This document shows, in pieces, positions 39,137-51,673 of a stretch of 64,000 nucleotides of DNA. Position 1 is the first letter of the stretch. Each line of letters starts with the position of its first letter. The translations under genes and the position numbers were made by a program. This DNA is from Haliotis cracherodii. Taxonomy: Eukaryota. The notes under the pieces are model-generated. The model saw nothing but the letters and a program-made list of their open reading frames with translations, did not search any database and had not been told where the DNA came from. The stretch spans positions 81,158,001-81,222,000 of the forward strand of contig NW_027266264.1 of the NCBI RefSeq assembly GCF_022045235.1. Reading direction: 5' to 3'.

Positions 39137-40014
39137 GTATGCTTATTCCTTCATTCACCTGATAAAGGAGTAAGTATATACTCCGAAACGATGTGTTCCT
39201 CATAATATAGAAGTTGACATCCATCAATTCTCTTCCTTAATGCAGATTCTGTTCTTTAAACAGATTAGGCATGTGTGGTTTCGTGACTAGACAGACTGAC
39301 CCACACAACAGCTTGACAAATGGAATAACAAATATTCTTTATTGTTGTTTCGATATATCCAGTCTACTCTGCACGTTAAACACTCGTAAACCACAAAAAT
39401 CACTTAAGAAGGAGCAGATTTAACGATTGTTGTAGACCAGAAAGCGAAGTCTCCGTCTTGTGGCGCTAATGTAATCTTGACTCATATTGCGTCTTTCTTC
39501 TCCCAGCTGTGTGTGTAGCGACCCCTATCATAGCAACTACCACCACAACGAGTGGTGACTAACGTCAGATCAACGAGACCGTGCTTGAAACAATCGCCAA
39601 CATTGACTGACAGGTGACTGGTGAGCTGTGACCAATCATGGCCATTCAAAATGACGTCATCATTGATACAAACACCTGCTGCAAGAGCCAGGCAACACGA
39701 TCAGCTTAAGAAAAGAAACTCCTACCCATGGCAATTGACGTTAAGTTAATTTATCATGTGGGTATAATTATTTTCAGGCGTGATACATACAATATGGTTC
39801 ATCGTGATCATAAAAAAAATCAACATTTTAATATAGCAGGAGCAAACGAAAATAAACCGGGCATACCGCCCGCATATCAATCAGCAACCGTGCAGTTCGT
39901 GACTGTAATGTTTGCTGTAAAAGAATCGATTGCACTGAAAGTTGTCCTTATGTCCTGCCTTGGAATCAGTATTAGTTTGTAGAAACTGTGGACTAGCAGG
40001 GAAAAACTCAGGAA

Positions 40015-40208
40015 NNNNNNNNNNNNNNNNNNNNNNNNNNNNNNNNNNNNNNNNNNNNNNNNNNNNNNNNNNNNNNNNNNNNNNNNNNNNNNNNNNNNNN
40101 NNNNNNNNNNNNNNNNNNNNNNNNNNNNNNNNNNNNNNNNNNNNNNNNNNNNNNNNNNNNNNNNNNNNNNNNNNNNNNNNNNNNNNNNNNNNNNNNNNNN
40201 NNNNNNNN
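40015..40208. other. Assembly gap (194 N)
   Basis: Run of N. Confidence 1.
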
Positions 40209-40223
40209 AAGGGGGCGGGTCGC

Positions 40224-40396
40224 GCACGGGTGGCCAAGTCGTCTGAGGCGCCACAATTCGCTGTACAGAGTTGCGTCCCTTTGGCACACCAGAAACCGAT
40301 GATAGTGGTTTCGAATCCCGGTTCGTCCCGATTGTGTTTCTAGGTTTGTTAGCGCCATACCCATGCTCGTGGGTTTCACCAAACTGGTAAACGTCT
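40224..40396 (+). mobile_element. SINE family C, partial
   Basis: Aligns to family C head and body; further degraded copies at ~23593-23790, ~41493-41685, ~43081-43287. Confidence 0.8.
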
Positions 40397-42019
40397 TTGA
40401 TAGATTTACATCCCTCGCAAAGCAAATTAAGGTGATGCGCCGTCATCCGCTAGCATGGCTTCGTCTCGAGCCCGATTTAAAAGGCCCGACGCTAAGAAAA
40501 TCAAATTACTCTCACCAGCCACAGATATTTTGTGCTAACTTAGAGACAGGTGGAAAGGGTGCCGTGACTTCCAAAACGAGGCCATGGTGGCGAATGGCGA
40601 CAGGGCTTTAATCATAATAGAATGGGGATAATATACCCTGTATTGTCGAGGATGTAACCCGGTGAGTGATCGTGTGACCACCGACCCATGCCTGAAATAG
40701 GTCTGGCGAAAGAGTAACGGCCATCAATCCATGCACACAGTAACGACTGGCAGCCTTCATGGCAATGCCACCTCTTGATATCAACTCACACATTAAAGGA
40801 GCACAAATTGGCTCTGGCTTCTATACCACGCTGTCTGACAGTGCCCAGTGGCATTACTTCACGACAACTGTTTCCAGACTGGCGCAGTTATCAAGGAGGT
40901 CAAGCACACAACAGGAATGTTCTTGGATCAACTTCCTTTAAAAACAAATCCCCTTAGTCATGTTTGCCGGGCATCTGGTCGCGGCGATCAATGCCCACCT
41001 GGCTGCGAACTGTTGAAGACTCCGCCATATCTACGTTATCCCGCATCCGTAAATGTCATCTGCGTTTTTCCCGCCACCTGCCACTTGCTATGGCGCATTT
41101 GGCAGAATATGCATATTGGATGGGATAATCATTGCACTATAGTCGTCTTGTAATTCATAATTGAGTTTTAGCTTCAATAGCTATTGATTAGGTTTATAGA
41201 TTCTGTCAAGTTTAATTAGTCCCCATAGTGTTTGTGATCAAGTCCTGAGACTAGTCCAACGTAAAGACGTAATGAACGGCCACCATTACATACCATTTCG
41301 GAGTAACTGTTAAGGGTTATCGGTTTGATCTTCAGTCTATATACAAAAATGACACGCATGATTTATTCATAAAGTTTAAGGGTCCCGGTGATATTTTGAT
41401 TTTGACATACAATAAAATCATACTTGTACATTTGAACAAACCCGTTGCACATGATTGATTTAACGCCATTGCGAGAGAAAAAGATGAAAGTGACGCACGG
41501 GCGTCCCGGTCGTCTAAGACGCCGTAACTTGTTGTGCAGAATTTCGTCCCACACGCTCGTCAGAAATATATTATTATGTCCGAATTCCAGATTATGTTTG
41601 TAGGTTTGTCAGCACCTTGCCCATGCTCGTGTGATTTCACCAAAGTTGTGAACGTCTAAAACCTTGATCACTTACATTAAGGTGACGTAGAGACCGTCTT
41701 TGTACCTACTAGTACTAGTAGCAGGTCATAGTTGCTAACAACTCTGTGCTAGTAGTAGGTAATATTTCCTGGATCGGGTGCGCTATGATATCATAGCTTA
41801 AATACTGTTCAACACTTACTGACTGACAGATGGCAGTTATACCCAATCTACACTCTGCATGTGCTGTACAACCATACGAGCAGAACTGTTTATTTGCACA
41901 CTTGAGACATCAAGTTAATGACGTGTTACGTACATGTTGTAAGTTACCCAGACAACTGCCATCCACTTAATTTAATTAAGCCACAACACATTAATTATTT
42001 GTTTGAACTGAATAAAACT

Positions 42020-42660
42020 GCATAGGTGGTCTAAGGATAGAGCGTCTGCTCGGTGGTTCAATCCCCAGCCGTGTCATACCAACAGACGTTAGAAGTGTGA
42101 GTGGGTGACTGAGTTGTGTTTAACGCCGCTTTCAACAGTATTCAAGTAATATCACGGCGTGTTAGCTTAATGTGGGAGGAAAGCCCCAAGTGTTGCAGGT
42201 CTCAGATGTTTACCACTTCGGTGAAACCCACGAGAACAGGTATGGTGCTGACAAACATAGAAACATAATCGGGCCTAAACCGGGATTCGAACCCACAACC
42301 ATAGGTTTCTTGCGAGCCCAAGGGATGCAACTCTGCACAGCGAATCACCAGTGCCCCCAGACGTTAGAAGATGATACTTGCTGTTTCCCTACCTAGCGCA
42401 AAGGATAAAGCTGGGCGGTAGGGTAGCCTCGTGGTTTAAGCGTTCGCTCGTCACGCCGAAGACCCGGATGCGTTTCCTAACATTCGTACAATGTGTGAAG
42501 GCCATTTCTGGTGCTGAAATATTGATAAACAGCGGCGTAAAACCATACTCACTCACTCAATCAATCAGAATAAAGTGATAAAACAAGGACTGGTCGGCAC
42601 ATGGACGTAAAAACGCAATAATGCTGAAAGCCACGCTAAATCCTATTTCACCTCATCTCG
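42020..42660 (+). mobile_element. Nested SINE cluster: family D host with family C (42096-42357, -) and family B (~42412-42566, +) insertions
   Basis: Family D body is split; the family C insert has a perfect TSD CAGACGTTAGAAG (42083-42095, 42358-42370); family D resumes with ACAAGGACTGGTCGGC at ~42583. Confidence 0.85.
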
Positions 42661-44287
42661 GACTGAATAAGCTCCTACATTCAGTGGGTGACATAACAAT
42701 GTGTATATCCATTAGAAACTTCTTGCTGTGGCTCAGCAGGACACGCTAAACTAATTATTAGTTTTCCATCAGTTTATGAAATTTTAACTATATAAAATGG
42801 TGTCATTCAATTGAAGGGGCGGTGGGGTAGCCTACTGGTTAAAGCGGCGCTTATCGCGCCTGAGGCCCGGGTTCGATTTCCAACATGGGAACTATGTGTG
42901 AAGCCTGTTTCTGGTGTCCATCGCCGTGATTTTACTCTCATTCAGATGTCAAATATGATCTGTGCATTTTTGGCATCAGCGGGTTCAACAAGTGTAGAAG
43001 ACGAAGAGCAACGCCGTTTACATGAGCTGCGTCAGGCTGACCGTCATTACATCGATGTTGCTGGTTTCTTTCACGCCCGAGGCCATGGTTGGCCGAGCCA
43101 CCGACATTCGCTGTACGGAGTTGCGTCCCTTTGGCGTGACATACTCATAGGATTGTTGGTTCGAATTCCAGATTCACCCTAACATGATTTCTGGTTTGTA
43201 TGCACCATACCCATAGGTTTAACCTACATCACTTCGGGCTTTACTCTTAGATTAATCTGACACACCATGGTATAAATGAAATACTGTACTTCGTTTTTTC
43301 ACGCTATGGCGCGCAATCATCATACCCAACAAGTAACAATTACATCGGTTCTAGGTCATTACCCATGCATAAAACACCCCACCATGAGAAGACAGCACGA
43401 TCACCCGACATTAAGCGTACACATGCCCAAAATGATGTGATCAGCATCTTTCTCCGTGCGCTCCACGAGATCAGAGGCTGAGACAGGCTGTGTCGTATTT
43501 GTATTGAAATTTCCTTCCTTAAGACTGAAGCTCCGATTATTTACAGTGGACGTTAAATATGTACAAGAATCCTATAACGAGCTCTCCGACAACAAAGAGA
43601 CTATCGTGTACCAAAATCAGATTTTCTTCAGCCCAAAATCAATACACAGCAATTTAAGATTGAGATAACGATCTCTGATAGATGTGTATTTTAATTACAG
43701 GATTTCCTTTGCCTTTTTGTAGCCAAAATTGAATAAATAGTTCACATTCACTAATAATTCTTTGATCGATTTAACAAAAGGGCGATGATGTTAGTGCTAT
43801 CCAGTTTAAACACACGTATCTCTACGACAGGCTGCTTTAATTCCCTTTGCTTTGTTGGTTTTACAGCATCTCCTAATTTCCTGCTGGCATGCCAAACAAC
43901 CCACAAACAACGTGTTGTTCATATACTAGACACACATCGCACCTGGGACATGACCCACATGTTTGTTGTCTTTCATATTCCTTGAAAAAGAAGTCCCACA
44001 TCTCTAACAGCAGCGGGTTTCTGGGACACCTTGAAGTTGCTATTGCTAGGAAACACGAATGACGTGCACATGTGGTCTCCTAAATGCTAGCAAATATTTA
44101 ATTGTCGATGCTAGGTAGGGCCAAGTTAATAATAAAAAGATTGATGTGCCATAGACAATTGCGTTTTTTTCATACGAACCTAACACAGTTTAACTTCCAA
44201 ACGGAAAGGGGTAACTTAAGGAACAGCAATATTTTACACAGGGAAGTATCTAGCAACTGTACTTAATCCAAGTGTCAGAGCGTTAAC

Positions 44288-46071
44288 CATGGTGTGTATG
44301 AAAGCATGTGAAGGTTGGAATCTATGGCGTGTAGACAAGCATGTGGAGGCGGGAATCCATGGCATGTACACAAGCATGTGGAGGCGGGAATCCATGGCAT
44401 GTACACAAGCATGTGGAGGCGGGAATCTATGGCGTGTATGCAAGCATGTGAAGGTGGGAATCTATGGCGTGTATGCAAGCATGTGAAGGTGGGAATCCAT
44501 GGCGTGAACACAACCATGTGAAGGTGGGAATCTATGGTGTGTACACAAGCATGTGAAGGTGGGAATCTATGGCGTGTACACAAGCATGTGAAGGTGGGAA
44601 TCTATGGCGTGTATGCAAGCATGTGAAGGCGGGAATCTATGGCATGTACACAAGCATGTGAAGGTGGGAATCTATGGCGTGTACACAAGCATGTGAAGGT
44701 GGAAACCCATGGCGTGTACACAAGCATGTGAAGGTGGGAATCTATGGCATGTGCACAAGCATGTGGAGGTGGGAATCTATGGCATGTACACAAGCATGTG
44801 GAGGCGGGAACCTATGGCATGTACACAAGCATGTGAAGGTGGGAATCTATGGCATGTACACAAGCATGTGGAGGTTGGAATCTATGGCATGTACACAAGC
44901 ATGTGGAGGTGGGAATCTATGGCATGTACACAAGCATGTGGAGGTGGGAATCTATGGCATGTACACAAGCATGTGAAGGCGGGAACCTATGGCATGTACA
45001 CAAGCATGTGAAGGTCCGAATCTATGGCATGTAAACAAGCATGTGAAGGTGGGAACCCATGGCATGTACACAAGCATGTGAAGGTGGGAATCTATGGCAT
45101 GTACACAAGCATTTGAAGGTGGGAATCCATGGCATGTATGCAAGTATGTGAAGGTAGGAATCCATGGCATGTACACAAGCATGTGGAGGTGGGAATCCAT
45201 GGCGTGTACACAAGTATGTGAAGGTGGGAATCTATGGCATGTACACAAGCTTGTGAAGGTGGGAATCCATGGCATGTACACAAGCATGTGGAGGTGGGAA
45301 TCCATGGCGTGTACACAAGCATGTGAAGGTGGGAATCCATGGCATGTACACAAGCATGTGAAGGTGGGAACCCATGGCATGTACACAAGCATGTGGAGGT
45401 GGGAATCTATGGCGTGTACACAAGCATGTGAAGGTGGGAATCTATGGCATGTACACAACCATGTGAAGGTGGGAATCTATGGCATGTACACAAGCATGTG
45501 GAGGTGGGAACCTATGGCATGTACACAAGTATGTGAAGGTCGGAATCTATGGCATGTACACAAGCATGTGGAGGTGGGAATCCATGGCGTGTACACAAGC
45601 ATGTGAAGGTGGGAATCCATGGCATGTACACAAGCATGTGAAGGTGGGAACCCATGGCATGTACACAAGCATGTGGAGGTGGGAATCTATGGCATGTACA
45701 CAAGCATGTGAAGGTGGGAACCTATGGCATGTACACAAGTATGTGAAGGTCGGAATCCATGGCATGTACACAAGCATGTGGAGGTGGGAATCTATGGCGT
45801 GTACACAAGCATGTGAAGGTGGGAATCTATGGCGTGTACACAAGCATGTGGAGGTGGGAATCTATGGCGTGTACACAAGCATGTGAAGGTGGGAATCCAT
45901 GGCGTGTACACAAGCTTGTGAAGGTTGGAATCTATGGCGTGTACACAAGCTTGTGAAGGTGGGAACTCATGGCATGTACACAAGCATGTGGAGGCGGGAA
46001 TCCATGGCATGTACACAAGCATGTGGAGGTGGGAACCCATGTCATGTATACAAGCATGTGGAGGTGGGAAT
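44288..46071. repeat. 35-bp minisatellite, ~51 copies
   Basis: ATGGCATGTACACAAGCATGTGAAGGTGGGAATCT. Confidence 0.97.
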
Positions 46072-46147
46072 AGTCAAAATCATCAAAGATATCAAACACG
46101 ACAGAACATTGCAAACAAATGCCTCAGGTTTATTCAATATCAGCAGC

Positions 46148-46413
46148 CCCCTGAAGATTCCGGGGTAGTATGGCCTTCAGCAACCCATGCTTGTCGTAAA
46201 AAGGCGACTATGCTTGTAGTAGGAGAAGACTAACGGGATCGGGTGGTCAGGCTCGCTGACTTGGTTGATGCATGTCATCGATCCCAATTGCGAGGATCGA
46301 GGCTCATGATGTCAATCACTGGATTGTTTGGTCCAGACGATCATTTACAGACTGCCATCATATAACCAGAATATTGCTGAGAGTGGCGTCAAACAACAAA
46401 CCAACCAACCAAG
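46148..46413 (+). mobile_element. Retroposon family A, full length
   Basis: Perfect TSD CAATATCAGCAGC (46135-46147, 46414-46426). Confidence 0.92.
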
Positions 46414-46505
46414 CAATATCAGCAGCTAATCAGAAATGAAAATATTACATTGAGACCTAAACAGATACAGCCACTTCCATCTTCCAAGTTAAATGTGGCT
46501 GGTCC

Positions 46506-47639
46506 ACATTTCAATACAGAATAGTTGTCCGAGGAGTCTGATTCCCACTATTTAGGAGAAACTAGGTCTTGCAACATTTCAATACAGAATATTTGTAACA
46601 CTATTTGATGGAAACAAAGACTTGCAACATTTCACTACTCAGAAGAGTAGTAACGTTATTTGGGGGAAACTAGTAATTGCAACATTCCAATACAGATTAG
46701 CTGTAACGCTATTTGGGAGAAACTCGTAGTTGCAACATTTCAATACAGAATAGTTGTAATGCTAGTTGGGAGAAACTAGTAATTGCAACATTTCAATACA
46801 GAATAGTTGTAATGCTAGTTGGGAGAAACTAGTAATTGCAACATTTCAATACAGAATAGTTGTAATGCTAGTTGGGAGAAACTAGTAATTGCAACATTTC
46901 AATACAGAACAGTTGTAATGCTAGTTTGGAAAAACTAGTAATTGCAACATTTCAATACAGAATAGTTGTAATGCTAGTTGGGAGAAACTAGTAATTGCAA
47001 CATTTCAATACAGAACAGTTGTAATGCTAGTTTGGAAAAACTAGTAATTGCAACATTTCAATACAGAATAGTTGTAATGCTAGTTTGGAAAAACTAGTAA
47101 TTGCAACATTTCAATACAGAATAGTTGTAATGCTAGTTGGGAGAAACTAGTAATTGCAACATTTCAATACAGAACAGTTGTAATGCTAGTTTGGAAAAAC
47201 TAGTAATTGCAACATTTCAATACAGAATAGTTGTAATGCTAGTTGGGAGAAACTAGTAATTGCAACATTTCAATACAGAATAGTTGTAATGCTAGTTGGG
47301 AGAAACTAGTAATTGCAACATTTCAATACAGAATAGTTGTAATGCTAGTTTGGAAAAACTAGTAATTGCAACATTTCAATACACAATAGTTGTAATGCTA
47401 GTTGGGAGAAACTAGTAATTGCAACATTTCAATACAGAATAGTTGTAATGCTAGTTGGGAGAAACTAGTAATTGCAACATTTCAATACAGAATAGTTGTA
47501 ATGCTAGTTGGGAGAAAATAGTAATTGCAACATTTCATTTCAGAATAGTTGTCACGCTATTTGGGAGAAACTAGTAATTGCAACATTTCACTTCAGAATA
47601 GTTGTAACGCTATTTGGGAGAAACTAGGACTTGTAACAT
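46506..47639. repeat. 53-bp minisatellite, ~21 copies
   Basis: TTGCAACATTTCAATACAGAATAGTTGTAATGCTAGTTGGGAGAAACTAGTAA; homogeneous centre, divergent edges. Confidence 0.96.
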
Positions 47640-47939
47640 ATCCCTTGTCTCAGATACTAGACTGCTGAGTGTTCAACACTATTAAAAATTCATTGGAACA
47701 AGAAGAATGAACAAAAGTGGTTACATTTTAATAAACCACTTGTCAAACCATCCTTTCTCATACATTAACAGAGTTGATAAAACAAGTCTTCTTCAGAAGT
47801 GACACCTTTGGTCGAAACTAGCCAGTCAACAGCACACTTCAGACTCATGGTCAATGGAAGAAACAAGATGTTGGGAAAATACAACCAGTACTTCTAGATT
47901 TTCACTAGTCTCGGACTAATGATTGTTTTTTGTTAGCGT

Positions 47940-48175
47940 TTTTTTTTAGTTGTTTAACCCTGCAGTCAGCAATATCCCAGCAATATGACTTGGGTCTGAA
48001 AATAACCGACTCTGAAAAGACATTCCAGTAATTGACATCATAAGCATTGATCCATACAATATAGGATACAATGATATGCAATAAACCTAACATGAACCCC
48101 TGATCCATAAAGTCACCTCTTACAACAAGCACAGATTGCTGGGGACCTATATTCTTACCCAGAATCTCCATGGGC
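47940..48175 (-). mobile_element. Retroposon family A, old variant copy
   Basis: Head GCCCATGGAGA..GGGTAAGAATATAGGTCCCCAGCAATC on -. Confidence 0.75.
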
Positions 48176-48232
48176 ATTGAAGTAACTTGTGGCCATGTCT
48201 AACCACGTAAAGGGTCCTATTTCCGCAGCCTC

Positions 48233-48339
48233 GGTCCTGTTCCACAAAGCAATCATAGCACTAAGACAATCGTAACTCCCATACTTTAGCATAAACTTAC
48301 GGCAGTCTTAGGGCTAAGATCGCTTTGTGGAATGGGCCC
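48233..48339. mobile_element. Small palindromic MITE (Harbinger-like ends)
   Basis: GGTCCTGTTCCACAAAGCAATC.../...GATCGCTTTGTGGAATGGGCCC; related copy at ~6301-6378. Confidence 0.6.
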
Positions 48340-48553
48340 AGGAAAGGAGCTCCCAGTCCAAGGATACCTTGCAACCGCTGGGATCCACCTTCAGATATAA
48401 GTTCCTTGTCTTCTTGCACAAAAGTCATAATAAATCAAATAGTGAATGGAAATAGGGGTTATGGTAAGCACAAATATGTATACAGGTACTCCATATGTAA
48501 ATGGCATGTGCTTCCCAATGTGACATGTATCTGTCATATGTCTTGTTCAATCT

Positions 48554-49378
48554 TTACAACAACCCTGTCTGTACGTGCACCTCTCTGTTCCTCGCCTCCC
48601 TGGCCTGGACTTGATCTTCCCGGTCTCTGCTTCGACTTCTCTCTCTCGGCCTCCTCCTCCCTCGACGGTAGTCCCCATCCCTGGCCCTGTAGTCCCTGCC
48701 TTTGTCATCTCTATACCTCCTCTCATCACAGTTCAGTCTATCCCTATCTACCTCCCTACTCCAATCACAATTTTTATCAAATCTATCTCTATTTCCCCTA
48801 TAATGATCTCTCTCCAATTTCTGCTCCTTCCATGAGCCTTCCATATCTTCTGATCTCTGTACACCTTTATAAACAACAGGAATGATAGGCTGGATGAATG
48901 GTCTATCCTTACCACCAAACCTCAGCTGTCCGGATTTTCTATTTCCCCCAATTCCACCTCCAAGTCTACGTGGAACCCATCCAGTCATGTTCCGTTCACA
49001 TTCAAAATCCACAAACACCTCTCTATTATCTACGGTCATCTTGTTTCCATGGTTACATGCTGCACGGGCATCTTTTTCATTTTCAAACTCTACGAAGCCA
49101 TACCCTTTGGAATACCCCGTTACAATATCTCGTACTAATCTACATTTTTTTATTTTTCCAAAATCTCGAAATGCAGTCCATAATGTATCTTCCTCAGTCT
49201 GTCTGTCCAGACAAGACACGAATATTGTCCTGTGTGGGTCCCCATCAACTGACTTGTTCGGTTTGTACTTAGCATTCATAGCCCTGACAATACCATTGTC
49301 ATGTGGCTCTGTGTCAGTGCCATCGATACTCCCAGCCTTGAGTGGGTCATATCGATCAGCTATACCTCTCCAGGACAT
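48554..49378 (-). CDS. SNRNP35: U11/U12 small nuclear ribonucleoprotein 35 kDa (RRM + Arg/Asp-rich tail), main coding exon
   Basis: YDPLKAGSIDGTDTEPHD, RRM with RDIVTGYSKGYGFVEF, and WVPRRLGGGIGG.RKSGQLRFGGKDRPF; acceptor tttctttgcAG at 49387-49388, exon starts 49386. Confidence 0.95.
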   Translation of the reverse strand: MSWRGIADRYDPLKAGSIDGTDTEPHDNGIVRAMNAKYKPNKSVDGDPHRTIFVSCLDRQTEEDTLWTAFRDFGKIKKCRLVRDIVTGYSKGYGFVEFENEKDARAACNHGNKMTVDNREVFVDFECERNMTGWVPRRLGGGIGGNRKSGQLRFGGKDRPFIQPIIPVVYKGVQRSEDMEGSWKEQKLERDHYRGNRDRFDKNCDWSREVDRDRLNCDERRYRDDKGRDYRARDGDYRRGRRRPRERSRSRDREDQVQAREARNREVHVQTGLL

Positions 49379-50689
49379 CCTATAGTCTGCAAAGAAATAC
49401 AGAAATAGATACAGTTGTTTATTTGCCTCTTTCAATAAAGGTAGACACTTGTTCACTATCAATTTATGAACTTTGCAAAACGTACGTAATAGCTATTGGC
49501 GATTTCATCTGGGGATTATATATTATAGCTGTGAATTACATATATTGTTACATGTAAAGATTGTGGAGTTTACGAAGAATGATAAACTTTGAACATTCAA
49601 TTGAAAACTTATTATCGGAAGTAGTAACATGCATAACATTTTTTTAATAATGACAACATTGGTGTATAATAATAACTTTATTGATAATTTATAACAATAA
49701 TGGCTCTAGTCATGGCAACTTCCAAACTTTCGGGAAGTTGTGATCTATCGGACCGTCATTCAGGCGATGTTTCTGACAGATCACGATCTGAAAAATACTA
49801 TCATGAAAGTGTATCCCGTGGATAAGCCGACCCCTTTCTACAGAATCTTTTTTCTGGTCCTCAAAATTCAGCTTATACGCGGTCATATACGGTAACACGT
49901 ACAAATGTTTCAGCTGAAGGAGCATAGTTGCAAGTTTAAACAATTTAAATTAGATTGCTATCAAATCCAAAGTAATGGCAAATTCAACATAGTTTATCCA
50001 GTCAAAGAAAAAGGCTTGAGACTCTATGCAAGCCTGGATTTGTCTTTTCAGTAGATTTCAGTGTTGATAAATGGACTTTTTTTCAGAGATTTCTTGACTG
50101 ATAGAGATGTTGCAAGATTTAGAAGTCAGACTAGTGGATTAAGATGAAGACTGATAACATACCCCTGTGTAAAGGAACAGGGAAAAAAGATCACCTAAAC
50201 ATAGATTCATGAAATAAACTGTGACAAGATTCTGTCCCTCCAAATCGTAACCATGACCACATACAGAGAGGTCTACTATCAGGATAACAGGTTTGGTTTA
50301 TCATGGGCGTGTTGTATCTGCTTGTGAACTTCAGAGTGTCTTGAGGCATCATACAATTAATACAGAAATTAATGTTCTGGGGCATATTGCCAGACCACCC
50401 AAATCCACTTAGTCACCACCCACTTACAACAAGCATAGGTGAAGAGAAGTATTGCTGAGTTTCAGAGACAGTTTTAGCACACAAATTGCTTCCATTTATT
50501 ATTCATCACTATGGATATTTTAAATCATTTTCAAAATTAACAAGCCAAGCAAATGACCAAACCCTCAATATTCACTTGATTTGTGATGACACTAGTGGAG
50601 CAATGTATGAAATACTAACCCTAACAATATCAATTTCTCTTCACTTCCACCTCTCAAACATATCTGTTTGTGGAAGTTACACTTGTCGG

Positions 50690-50824
50690 GAGTAGTGCAC
50701 TTTACCGGGCGCACTTTTTCAGAACCAATTAGCGCTGTGGGGGCTCGAACACGCTTCGCCAGCTCACCAGCTCTGCTGACTAATGCGTTCATTAGCTAAC
50801 GCTCTACCACTGGACCACAGGGGC
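50690..50824 (-). mobile_element. tRNA-derived (Ile-like) Pol III element / SINE head
   Basis: A box TGGTCCAGTGGTAGAGCG and B box GTTCGAGCC with an over-long spacer; no proper cloverleaf. Confidence 0.5.
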
Positions 50825-50874
50825 TATCACATGTAATCAGTGCTCGTTGAACGGGTCATTAGAATCCCCATTAA

Positions 50875-51030
50875 CATGCATGCGTAATTCAGTAAACAAT
50901 GAATTGCGCATGCGTGTGACGTCACGGTCCGCTCTCCCATTCATCTTTTCTTGAAACCACACCCGCCATTGTTTATGTCAACATGACCGACCAATCGGAT
51001 TAACCGGATTAACGCTTGAAAAGGTAAGAA
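50875..51030. promoter_or_regulatory. SNRNP35 promoter / first-exon region
   Basis: NRF1-type TGCGCATGCG 50905-50914, CRE TGACGTCA 50917-50924, YY1-type CCGCCATT 50963-50970, CCAAT; CpG-rich. Confidence 0.6.
50963..50969 (-). CDS. SNRNP35: Candidate 7-nt first coding segment of SNRNP35 (ATG GCG G)
   Basis: aacaATGGCGG|GTGTGG; splicing to 49386 gives in-frame MADYRMSW. Confidence 0.4.
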
Positions 51031-51078
51031 TTTATGGCTAACCCTTGCCCAAAGCAAGCTAACCCTAAGGACCGTAAA

Positions 51079-51277
51079 GGGGTGTTGGATCGTAAAGACG
51101 TGTAAGTTTCCCTAAGATCGAAAACGGGTGTTGGATCGTAAAGACGTGTAAGTTTCCCCAAGACCGAGAATGGGCGTTTGATCGTAAAGATGTGTAAGTT
51201 TCCCTAAGAACGAGAACGGATGTTGGATCGTAAAGATGTGTAAGTTTCCCTAAGACCGAAAACAGGCGTTGGATCGT
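51079..51277. repeat. 46-bp tandem repeat, ~4.3 copies
   Basis: GGGTGTTGGATCGTAAAGACGTGTAAGTTTCCCTAAGACCGAAAAC. Confidence 0.9.
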
Positions 51278-51389
51278 GAAGCGAGAGTCACCAGAGCGTG
51301 AGGCACAGTAACGGTATAACGAGACAGCGGTGGCACTATAGCACGGTAATTGAGCGGATGGTAGAGCGCCCGGTAAACAAGTATACAAA

Positions 51390-51503
51390 AATCTCCGCGC
51401 TCAATGGCCTCGAGCGCTCTGATTGGTAAATATCCCCATGTGCGTTTGTTATGGTTGGAGCGCGGACCAATCACAGCACTCAACGCCATTGAGCGCGGAG
51501 ATT
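51390..51503. mobile_element. 114-bp palindromic mini-MITE
   Basis: AATCTCCGCGCTCAATGGC...GCCATTGAGCGCGGAGATT arms extending to ~43 bp, each with a CCAAT box. Confidence 0.7.
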
Positions 51504-51673
51504 ATTTGTTTACTTCCGTGACACACAGCCGCGACTTAGCCAATATGTCGATAAAATCGCCCGATATAGGTAATAAATTCCCAAAAATAAAGTTTTGTGG
51601 CATGCAGGTCGTATTTGGAGGGAGGTGTGGAGGTATTGTGAACATGACATGCACACATTTCCATTTAATTTAA

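Noticed and set aside
38001-39227. 408-aa Pro/Thr/Ser-rich mucin-like ORF
   Set aside because: Reverse translation of the G-rich array; the same peptides cycle through frames as unit length varies.
39506-39562. Possible + strand exon after ttcttctcccAG
   Set aside because: All frames stop within 20 codons, with no recognisable homology or partner exons.
44234-46233. Many His/Cys-rich ORFs
   Set aside because: Artefacts of the 35-bp array.
49379-49462. N-terminal extension of the SNRNP35 ORF (MIVNKCLP...)
   Set aside because: It crosses a clear polypyrimidine/AG acceptor at 49387, so the part upstream of that is intronic.
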